Shown piece by piece: positions 29,819-37,100 of a DNA stretch of 46,990 nucleotides (the first letter of the stretch is position 1; every line of letters starts with the position of its first letter). The notes beneath the pieces are model-generated. The model was given only the letters and a program-made list of their open reading frames with translations, was not told the DNA's origin and made no database searches. The DNA is taken from contig CAYPVQ010000001.1 in the NCBI GenBank assembly GCA_964414215.1, forward strand, positions 1-46,990, given 5' to 3'. Position numbers and translations under genes: made by a program. This DNA is from an uncultured Candidatus Saccharibacteria bacterium (GTDB lineage Bacteria > Patescibacteriota > Doudnabacteria > UBA920 > 2-01-FULL-46-14).

Positions 29819-32104
29819 ATGCCAAAGCTAGTTGTGGTGGAGAGCCCCACAAAAGCAAGGACAATCAGCAAATTTTTAGGCAAGGATTACAAGATCGAAT
29901 CCTCGTTTGGCCATATCCGCGATCTGCCGAAGAGCAAAATGGGCATTGATATTGCGCATGATTTTGCGCCCGAATATGTCATTCCCAAAGAGGCTGCCAA
30001 AAGAGTAGCGGCCCTGAAAAAACTCGCTAAGTCAGCGCCAGAAATAATTCTGGCGACTGACGAAGACCGCGAAGGAGAAGCTATTGCCTGGCATTTAACG
30101 CAAGCCCTCGGGCTTGCCACCCAAATTCCCTCGCCCCTCGCGGGAGAGGGTGCCCGAGCGAAGTCGAGGGCGGGTGAGGGGGGCAAAGCAATTAAAAGGA
30201 TCGTATTTCACGAAATCACCAAAACTGCCATTGAAGAAGCCCTCAAAAATCCTCGCGAGATTGATATAAAACTCGTGGACGCCCAGCAAGCGCGGCGCAT
30301 CTTGGACCGTCTCGTGGGCTATGAACTTTCGCCTTTTTTGTGGAAAAAAGTCAAAGCCGGTTTGTCGGCCGGCCGGGTGCAGTCAGTAGCTTTGCGTCTC
30401 ATTGTCGAGCGCGAGCGGGAGATTGAGAAATTTAAGCCTCGGGAATACTGGACCATTGAAGCCCGGTTGTCGCCTGCTACCCCCTCTTCATCTCCCCCTT
30501 CTCCCCTTCGGGAGAGAGGGGGAGAAAGAGTGGGGGTATTCACGGCCAAACTTCACAGCATTGAAGGCAACGCTCTCAAAAAATTTGATCTGGGAGATAA
30601 AGCCAGTTCCGACAAAATCATCGCTGATCTCAAAGGCGCCAGTTACCAAGTTGCCGAGATCGCAGAAAAAGAAGCCAGACGCTATCCGGCCGCCCCCTTC
30701 ACCACCTCCACTCTCCAGCAGGAAGCCGCACGCAAACTTGGTCTTTCAGCCAAACAAACCATGATGTATGCACAGCAGCTTTACGAGACTGGCTACATCA
30801 CTTACATGCGCACGGACTCGGTAAATATCGCGGAGCAATCGCTCAGGCAAGCTCAGCGAGTCATTGAGGAAAAATTTGGCAAAAATTATGTATTGAGTTC
30901 CCCGCGCCGCTACAAAACCAAAACCAAAGGAGCGCAAGAAGCTCACGAAGCCATTAGGCCCACTGATCTCTCGCAGGATTCACAAATTCTGGAAGGCACG
31001 CTCGAAAAAAGGCAAGCCCAGCTTTATGACCTCATTTGGAAACGTGCCATTGCCTCCCAAATGCCCGAGGCGGTATTTGATCAGACTGTGGTGGATATTA
31101 CAACAACCCCCTCACCCCGCCCGAGTACGGGCGTACCCTCTCCCGCGAGGGGCGAGGGGAAAAAGGAATATTCTTTTCGCGCCACAGGCCAAGTCCTCAA
31201 ATTTGACGGCTTTATCAAAGTCTATACCGAAGGCCGGGACGAAAAAGATGAAGAAGAACTCGCCGAGGGTGAACTTCCGAAACTACAGAAATCTGAAATC
31301 CTCAATCTCGTATCCTTGGACGGCAAACAGCATTTTACCGAACCGCCGCCGCGATACACTGACGCGACCTTGGTCAAAACTTTGGAAGAATACGGCATCG
31401 GCCGTCCTTCAACCTACGCGCCGACCATCTCGACGATTCTTGAAAGAAAATATGTCGAGCGCAGGGAGCGAAAATTTCATCCAACCGAAATCGGGGTCGT
31501 GGTCAATGATCTCTTGGTCGAGCATTTCCCCAAAATCGTGGATTACCAATTCACGGCCCACATGGAAAAAGAGCTTGACGATATTGCAGAAGGCAAGCTC
31601 AAGTGGCAGCCGGTAATTAAAGAATTCTACGATCCCTTCAAAAAAAATCTCGAAGAAAAAAAGGCCACGGTCGAAAAACAAGTTCAGGCAACGATTGTGC
31701 CTTGCCCCAAGTGCGGCAAACTCATGGTCATTAAGTTTGGCAGATTTGGCCAATTTCTGGCCTGCCCAGATTTTCCTAAATGCAAAGGAACCAAGCCCTT
31801 GCCAGCAGAAGAAGCAGCCCAAAAAAAATTAGAATCAGAAGTAGGGGGTAAGACTTGTCCGAAATGCGGGGAAGGAACACTGGTGGTAAGACGCGGCAAA
31901 TTTGGCTATTTCCTCGGCTGTTCTCGCTATCCCGAGTGCAAACACATTGAAAAGATCGAGAAAAAAACCGGGGTGGTTTGCGAAAAGTGTCAGGAGGGCG
32001 AACTCGTCGAGAAACGCACGCGCAAAGGCCGCACCTTCTGGGGCTGCAACCGCTATCCCGAGTGTGAATATGCCACCTGGCAGTATCCGGGAAAGAAAAC
32101 TTAA
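29819..32104 (+). CDS. topA: DNA topoisomerase I with three in-frame palindromic-element insertions
   Basis: Toprim start (MPKLVVVESPTKARTISKFLG), DEDREGEAIAWH, active-site region YITYMRTDS, and C-terminal Cys4 zinc ribbons. Insertions are at 30127-30184, 30479-30537 and 31107-31160. Confidence 0.9.
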   Translation: MPKLVVVESPTKARTISKFLGKDYKIESSFGHIRDLPKSKMGIDIAHDFAPEYVIPKEAAKRVAALKKLAKSAPEIILATDEDREGEAIAWHLTQALGLATQIPSPLAGEGARAKSRAGEGGKAIKRIVFHEITKTAIEEALKNPREIDIKLVDAQQARRILDRLVGYELSPFLWKKVKAGLSAGRVQSVALRLIVEREREIEKFKPREYWTIEARLSPATPSSSPPSPLRERGGERVGVFTAKLHSIEGNALKKFDLGDKASSDKIIADLKGASYQVAEIAEKEARRYPAAPFTTSTLQQEAARKLGLSAKQTMMYAQQLYETGYITYMRTDSVNIAEQSLRQAQRVIEEKFGKNYVLSSPRRYKTKTKGAQEAHEAIRPTDLSQDSQILEGTLEKRQAQLYDLIWKRAIASQMPEAVFDQTVVDITTTPSPRPSTGVPSPARGEGKKEYSFRATGQVLKFDGFIKVYTEGRDEKDEEELAEGELPKLQKSEILNLVSLDGKQHFTEPPPRYTDATLVKTLEEYGIGRPSTYAPTISTILERKYVERRERKFHPTEIGVVVNDLLVEHFPKIVDYQFTAHMEKELDDIAEGKLKWQPVIKEFYDPFKKNLEEKKATVEKQVQATIVPCPKCGKLMVIKFGRFGQFLACPDFPKCKGTKPLPAEEAAQKKLESEVGGKTCPKCGEGTLVVRRGKFGYFLGCSRYPECKHIEKIEKKTGVVCEKCQEGELVEKRTRKGRTFWGCNRYPECEYATWQYPGKKT
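30127..30184 (+). repeat. palindromic element family 2 inside topA (PSPLAGEGARAKSRAGEGG)
   Basis: Sequence tccctcgcccctcgcgggagagggtgcccgagcgaagtcgagggcgggtgagggggg. Its ends match the reverse complement of the 31107-31160 copy. Confidence 0.75.
30479..30537 (+). repeat. palindromic element family 1 inside topA (PSSSPPSPLRERGGERVG)
   Basis: Sequence accccctcttcatctccccc...gggggagaaagagtgggggt. It has the same terminal sequence as 6169-6229. Confidence 0.8.
31107..31160 (-). repeat. palindromic element family 2 inside topA, opposite orientation (PSPRPSTGVPSPARGEGK)
   Basis: Its reverse complement reads cccctcgcccctcgcgggagagggtacgcccgtactcgggcggggtgaggggg. This aligns with 30127-30184 apart from the central loop. 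Confidence 0.75.
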
Positions 32105-32145
32105 GCCCTTCGCGAAAAAAACTGCGAAGGGCTTTTGCCGGGGTC

Positions 32146-33096
32146 TTAATCCAAAAACTCGTATTGAAGCTCCACCAGTAGGCGATAAGCTCGATCCGGG
32201 CTATGGCTATAGTGATCAGCTCTTCGGATACAAGACAGACCGCCGTAAAGCTGGAGGTACTGGGCCTCTTTATCCCGAAACCACTCCGTGGAATCAGGTT
32301 CATCAAGCTGGGGGTAAAAAGTTTTTCCTAGCCACAAGAATTCGGCGGCCGAGGGACAAGTGATGGCATTACTGGCGTGGCTACCATACACTTGGGGAAT
32401 GATTTGATCAAAAATCTCTCGCGCGGAATGGTCAAACCGTTCCTTGGGAAGCTTAGAACGTGGCGTCGTCTCGAAAGCAACTAACTTAGCTCCGAGATTG
32501 AGACTCCGCCGAACCGAGTTACTGGTTTTGGGGAGGAAATCTTCGGGTAAGACGCAGGGCGGCAAAAAATGAGTTGCGAAACAGAGGCTCAAGAGACGGA
32601 GTTCCTCAAGCAAAGCCAGACTTTCTTGCTGGAGCCGGCCTGGTCTCCTGACGATTATGAGCCCTAACTTCTTCACTAACGGCTGCCAGTTTTCTTCCGC
32701 ATGAGGGATAATCGGCGCTTGCAAAACTCCTTTGCCAAACATCTCTCCTCCCTTCCCCCGCCGGTCAGATGAAAAATAATCAGCTTTTTCTGGGTGCAAG
32801 CGCCAGTGATGTTGCGCTTCAAATCGCCTTTGAAATTCTTTGAGCCCTTTGCAGAGCTCGGCGATATCTCGAGCCGCAAACTCTGAAGTCACCTTCTGCG
32901 GATGATTGTACACCGGATGAACCTCTGCTCGAAACTCTGGTGGTGAATCTGGAGAGTCAGTCATGATGATCATCGCCTCAAAAGCCATGCCGTCTCGCTC
33001 AAAATTACAAAAAAAGCTAGTCGGATCATGGCCTTGAGGATCTTTTTGCCATCCCTGCATGAGTAGATACTTCTCGAAACTATCCGCAATTACCAT
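32146..33096 (-). CDS. hypothetical protein (GC-rich orphan)
   Basis: 316-aa ORF with AAGGAGG 6 nt upstream of the ATG at 33096. No motif was recognised. Confidence 0.6.
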   Translation of the reverse strand: MVIADSFEKYLLMQGWQKDPQGHDPTSFFCNFERDGMAFEAMIIMTDSPDSPPEFRAEVHPVYNHPQKVTSEFAARDIAELCKGLKEFQRRFEAQHHWRLHPEKADYFSSDRRGKGGEMFGKGVLQAPIIPHAEENWQPLVKKLGLIIVRRPGRLQQESLALLEELRLLSLCFATHFLPPCVLPEDFLPKTSNSVRRSLNLGAKLVAFETTPRSKLPKERFDHSAREIFDQIIPQVYGSHASNAITCPSAAEFLWLGKTFYPQLDEPDSTEWFRDKEAQYLQLYGGLSCIRRADHYSHSPDRAYRLLVELQYEFLD

Positions 33097-33140
33097 TTTT
33101 TCCTCCTTCTTTGAGATTAATATTCTAGCACAAAATTAAA

Positions 33141-33173
33141 GGGACGAGAACCTTCTCCGAAAGTTCTCGTCCC
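33141..33173. terminator. bidirectional hairpin terminator
   Basis: gggacgagaac / gttctcgtccc (11-bp stem) with T-runs on both strands. It lies 12 nt past the stop of the 66-aa ORF. Confidence 0.6.
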
Positions 33174-33184
33174 TTTTTGCCAGT

Positions 33185-33385
33185 CTAACGCTCGGGTGCC
33201 GGCAGAATGTCTCTGCCTTGAAAAGTCTTTAGGCACCTCTGGCAAACATATATGTCGCCACTGCAGGCTTTCACTGTTCCTCCACAGTTGCCTTCCTCAT
33301 GTAAAAGCTCACGGGTTTCTCGAGAGCGCACTACCACTGGCCCGGGTACGGCCAGACAAATCTGCCTAACAAATGACGACTTCAT
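33185..33385 (-). CDS. small Cys-rich protein (zinc-ribbon-like or secreted-peptide precursor)
   Basis: 66 aa with AGGAGG upstream of the ATG. Contains NCGGTVKAC...VCQRC (four Cys). Confidence 0.55.
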   Translation of the reverse strand: MKSSFVRQICLAVPGPVVVRSRETRELLHEEGNCGGTVKACSGDIYVCQRCLKTFQGRDILPAPER

Positions 33386-33408
33386 GGGTTTCCTCCTGGT
33401 AATAAAAA

Positions 33409-33436
33409 ACCTGGCCCCAGTTTTGTGGGGTCAGGT
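33409..33436. terminator. 11-bp-stem hairpin immediately upstream of the 66-aa gene RBS
   Basis: acctggcccca / tggggtcaggt (one wobble or mismatch) with T-runs on both strands. Confidence 0.5.
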
Positions 33437-33759
33437 TTGGTTTTCTGTGTTTTTGCTTAAAACTACCGAAATTTCACACAAAATTTAGATGACAACCAGC
33501 AACCTGAACCCCAACGAGGCCAGTAAAGAAGTAGAAGAAAAACCAGTTGGTCAGGTGTTTGGTCATGATCTTGATGGTAGTATAATAAAGATGATAAAAT
33601 AATGTCAAGACCTAAGTGGAAAGCTCAGGACTAACAGAAAATGGCTAGGTAAAATCAGATAAAGAATTTCCGAATCTCGCCCCGTAGTGTCCGCCCAGAA
33701 AAAGTTCTGGAGGAAATGGCCCGCAATGCTTTTCGCATCCTTCGCGGCACCGGCCCTCT

Positions 33760-34221
33760 TTATTTCCAAATCACAATCAATCTTCGAATTATCAAGTCGT
33801 TTTTGTTTCGCAAGAAATCCCCGGGAAAATCAAACCACACCCGCTGGAAAGTTTGCCGGTCAATCCTGCGCGGCCTACCCCACTCGGGGTCTTGCAGATA
33901 AATATATTTTCTATCCAGGCCTACGGCGACCGAATAATGCCCGTCGTCCTCGGAAAACCAGTCCACGATCACGGGAATGCCCCGCGTGAGATATTTGCGA
34001 ATATCCTCAAAAGTGGCGAAATTTTTGACACTTGCCTTGAGGCCCAGCTTTTTGGCCGCGCGCACGAGCCCCGCGGCTTCAACTCCACGCGGGCGTGTGG
34101 CTCCAGATAATTTTACCAAAGCCGCCTCGCTTCTGCGCACGCCAAAAAACTCCAGCACCATTTTAAGCGACGCCGGCCCGCAGTATCCCGTGGTTTGGCG
34201 AAAGGATTTGACTTTGAGCAT
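33760..34221 (-). CDS. stand-alone papain-like peptidase, C39-like family
   Basis: 153 aa. QTTGYCGPASLKMVLEFFG (catalytic Cys context), DDGHYSVAVG (His) and YLQDP. Confidence 0.7.
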   Translation of the reverse strand: MLKVKSFRQTTGYCGPASLKMVLEFFGVRRSEAALVKLSGATRPRGVEAAGLVRAAKKLGLKASVKNFATFEDIRKYLTRGIPVIVDWFSEDDGHYSVAVGLDRKYIYLQDPEWGRPRRIDRQTFQRVWFDFPGDFLRNKNDLIIRRLIVIWK

Positions 34222-34226
34222 AAATA

Positions 34227-34550
34227 CTAAAACTTAACTTCAAATACTTTCCATGGACTTGCAGACAAATCAGAATACCTTATCCACTTAGGAACAACTT
34301 TGAAATGTCGGATGACGTCCGTATCCATAAACTTTTTCGCCTTTGGAAGTTTTGTTACATGAATGTTCTGGCATTCTTTTAACTCCTCGCCTTTGAGTTC
34401 AATTGCAATGCCTTCATACTGAACTGTAATATCATTGTCCCACCCGATAACAAAAGCGGTCTGCGGATTAGACCGCAAATTTTCATATTTTATGACCGCC
34501 AGAGTATGCTGTTTAATAAAATCGAGAATTGTTTTTTCATTATCATGCAT
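34227..34550 (-). CDS. hypothetical protein (possible split-barrel/PNPOx-like fragment)
   Basis: 107-aa ORF. TILDFIKQHTLAVI resembles PNPOx-family N-termini, but the protein is short. Weak call. Confidence 0.3.
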   Translation of the reverse strand: MHDNEKTILDFIKQHTLAVIKYENLRSNPQTAFVIGWDNDITVQYEGIAIELKGEELKECQNIHVTKLPKAKKFMDTDVIRHFKVVPKWIRYSDLSASPWKVFEVKF

Positions 34551-34736
34551 AAACCAATTCTACCAAAAAACCGCTCCCTTTCCTATACCCTCTCCCCTCT
34601 GTGGGAGGGGGTGAGGTGGAAAAGCCTCGTCGATCGGCCAACCTGAAGCCTCTTTCAACCACTCTATCAAAAACTTTGCCCACCTCGCTGAAACAACAGC
34701 AAAGTGGGCAATACTAGAACAAACAACCGATGGACA

Positions 34737-35102
34737 TCAACCGATGTACGGCTTATAGCACCACAGGCAGGTCACAATCTGGCCCTTGATACACTGGTTA
34801 AAACCGCCGCAGTATGGACACATGGATCGTCCCAAGTACCGCTCGAGTCTTTTTGGATAACTCGGCTCTGGCAAAGGCGTTTTGGACAAAGGCCTCTTAG
34901 AACTGCCCTCCCGCGAACTGCCCTCCCGCTCCCGCGCCCAGATCATGCTCCGCAGAATACCCACCTGCCGACGGGTGAGGCTACCGAGTCGTGGTATCTG
35001 ATTGCACTTCAGGCGCCCCCTGGCCATTGGGCGGAAGGTTGGTCCGCCTAGTGCACTAACTGTCTCAATCTCTTCGGAAGTCAGGGTAATTTCCTTCGTC
35101 AT
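34737..35102 (-). CDS. hypothetical protein with a C-terminal Cys4 zinc-ribbon
   Basis: 121 aa with AAGGAGG upstream. Contains CPYCGG...CLWC. An internal tandem repeat encodes EGSSREGSS. Confidence 0.5.
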   Translation of the reverse strand: MTKEITLTSEEIETVSALGGPTFRPMARGRLKCNQIPRLGSLTRRQVGILRSMIWAREREGSSREGSSKRPLSKTPLPEPSYPKRLERYLGRSMCPYCGGFNQCIKGQIVTCLWCYKPYIG

Positions 35103-35225
35103 CTCTCCCCTCCTTGAATTTTCACTCTATGAGACTACACTACTTCGGACAAGTGATTATATAACATACCAGGATTTGATGTTTCGTGCAAACAAAACCC
35201 CGCTGGTTGGCGAGGCTGGCGGGCG

Positions 35226-35654
35226 CTATGCTTTCAGTTGATCCGGTTCAACTCTACCCACATCCAGTTTGTCAAAATCTTTATCGTAAGAAACTATTTT
35301 TGCCTTTCCTTTCACTATCGCGGGGTTTGACGCGATTAAAGCGTCAATAAATTTTATCCTCTGAAACTCATAAGTTTGAATCGCCAAAAAAGGATTTGTC
35401 TTGTCCTCTATTTTCAGGTTCTTGATGCTCAAAATGCCCTGAACGATTTTTATCACCTCGGCTTTACTGATTTTATAAAACCCCAGGCACGTCCAGACCA
35501 ATTCTGCTAAAACCAAACTGGAGGTGTAGGCCCTGATGTCTTTTCTGCTGATCGCTTCGATTAAATTTTCACACTCGGCCGCTTTTCGCGGGTCGTCTTT
35601 TACGACTATTCGCAAAAAAATGTTGGTGTCCAAAAAGAAGCTAGAATCTCTCAT
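35226..35654 (-). CDS. PIN-domain toxin (VapC-like), TA pair 2
   Basis: 142 aa starting MRDSSFFLDTNIFLR. It overlaps the upstream antitoxin ORF by 14 nt. Confidence 0.8.
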   Translation of the reverse strand: MRDSSFFLDTNIFLRIVVKDDPRKAAECENLIEAISRKDIRAYTSSLVLAELVWTCLGFYKISKAEVIKIVQGILSIKNLKIEDKTNPFLAIQTYEFQRIKFIDALIASNPAIVKGKAKIVSYDKDFDKLDVGRVEPDQLKA

Positions 35655-35880
35655 AAGACTTCTCCAGGGCCTGCCTCGCTTTCAAGGGGTTCGCCTTCTT
35701 TTTGACTTTGACCCTTTTGGCAATCTCCAAAAAGTCAGCCGACGGCATGATTTTGATTTCTTTTCCGTTTTTTCCAAGCTCGAGAAAAATTTTCCGGAAT
35801 CTCGTGAGGTTCAAAACCGCCCGCATATCTTTTGGGATAGTAATTTGGCCTTTTTTGGTTATTGTGGTAAAGTAAGGCAT
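35641..35880 (-). CDS. AbrB/SpoVT/MazE-fold antitoxin, TA pair 2
   Basis: KKGQITIPKDMRAVLNL is the swapped-hairpin AbrB-type motif. The start was set to the ATG at 35880; the track start at 35889 is TTG. Confidence 0.7.
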   Translation of the reverse strand: MPYFTTITKKGQITIPKDMRAVLNLTRFRKIFLELGKNGKEIKIMPSADFLEIAKRVKVKKKANPLKARQALEKSYERF

Positions 35881-35944
35881 GAAATTCAAAACTTACTTAT
35901 TTTCAAAATCTTACTTTTAGTATAACATGTACCAATAGATTATC

Positions 35945-36010
35945 AACCATCCGCAAGCTCGCCGGCCCGCAATACCCCGTGGTTTGGCGAAAGGATTTGA
36001 CTTTGAGCAT
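35945..36010 (-). pseudogene. duplicated 5' fragment (22 codons) of the C39-like peptidase gene
   Basis: 35961-36010 matches 34172-34221 at 48/50 nt. It translates MLKVKSFRQTTGYCGPASLRMV and then diverges. Confidence 0.8.
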
Positions 36011-36148
36011 TAATTTAATTCTACCAAAAAACGCCTCGGTGAGGCAGGCGCCGCAAAAGGGAGTTGTGCTGGAACTTGATTAAATCAACCCTAGTCTTTG
36101 AAGATCATCCTCTATCCACCGCGCCTGCATCTCAATCATACTTTTCAA

Positions 36149-36406
36149 TTACCCATACACGGTCACGGCAACTACAGGATCCTCTGAAACTGTGACACTC
36201 TTGGGGACCTGCTGGCCATCTTCTATCAATTCTTCGATTACCATCTGGGCGACTTCTTGGATGTTCCTTAACGCTTCTTCTCTGGTATGTCCCCAGGTTG
36301 AAGCCCCTTTATCTTCCAGTTCAGGAATAAATGCCCGCCAAGACTCGCCGTCTGGCTCAAGTGAAACGCGAAAAATATAAGATTTGTTTTGATCAATATA
36401 TTTCAT
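36149..36406 (-). CDS. HicB-like (UPF0150) antitoxin-family protein, apparently orphan
   Basis: 85 aa. The pattern YIFRVSLEPDGESWRAFIPELEDKGASTWGHTREEALRNIQEVAQMVIEEL is typical of HicB N-domains. No HicA-like ORF was seen adjacent. Confidence 0.65.
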   Translation of the reverse strand: MKYIDQNKSYIFRVSLEPDGESWRAFIPELEDKGASTWGHTREEALRNIQEVAQMVIEELIEDGQQVPKSVTVSEDPVVAVTVYG

Positions 36407-36412
36407 AGCTCT

Positions 36413-36441
36413 AGATTATCCAAAATCTATGGAACTGTCAA
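36413..36441 (-). promoter_or_regulatory. promoter giving a (near-)leaderless hicB-like mRNA
   Basis: The - strand reads TTGACA (36441-36436), a 17-nt spacer, TAATCT (36418-36413), then 6 nt and the ATG at 36406. Confidence 0.5.
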
Positions 36442-36853
36442 CTCTTTGGGACAATGAATCCCCCTGCCCTTGCGGCTCAAATGGCGCCAAATGAGCCGCA
36501 TACTAAAATCTCTTGAACCGCAACCCTAGCAACCCTAAATTGGCTCATACATACCGGCGCCAGAAGGCGCTGCCGCGAGATAAACCCCGCACTATGATAG
36601 AGTTAATTCGGAATTGGGGCGGGAACAATTTTCCGCCAGAGGCCGTGCCAAAGGTAGGTAAACGGGCAGGCAAGTCACGCGCCCCAGCGGCGATTGATTA
36701 TTTTGTCCAAGATTATTATACTTATTGCATAAGTTTTTGCGCCCATAGCTTCCGCCGACGCTTTCGTTACACTTAAGCTTTGGCGGACAAGTATACGTTA
36801 TTAAACGCCCTGCTTGCCCGTCGAAGCTCTGGTGTTAACCAGAGCGTAGTCGC

Positions 36854-36926
36854 GCGCCCATAGCTCAGCTGGTAGAGCAGTGGCCTTTTAAGCCAACGGT
36901 CGCAGGTTCGATTCCTGCTGGGCGCA
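36854..36926 (+). tRNA. tRNA-Lys (anticodon TTT)
   Basis: GCGCCCA-TA-GCTC-AGCTGGTA-GAGC-A-GTGGC-CTTTTAA-GCCAA-CGGTC-GCAGG-TTCGATT-CCTGC-TGGGCGC-A. The cloverleaf is read directly, with a G/A mismatch at the base of the anticodon stem. CCA is not encoded. Confidence 0.85.
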
Positions 36927-37100
36927 TTTTGATTTTTTATTTTTAATTTTTGAACTTATTATCTATCCCGCTTCCCGATTGGCTTTATGGCCTAGGAGCA
37001 ACAGCAGAACAATGGGTGCTAAGGCCGAGTAGAAAAGCACGGTGTTGCTGACAAATCCCCTCGACCGCAGATCGGGAAGCAGGGGGAGAAAGGGTGTTTT

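Noticed and set aside
30127-31160. Inteins in topA (and in nrdJ or uvrA)
   Set aside because: The extra segments are only ~15-20 residues long. They lack intein splicing motifs and correspond exactly to DNA palindromes that also occur intergenically.
36070-36148. HicA toxin partner downstream of the HicB-like gene
   Set aside because: Only a 19-22-codon ORF (…MIEMQARWIEDDLQRLGLI) follows. It is too short and too dissimilar to call even a remnant with confidence.
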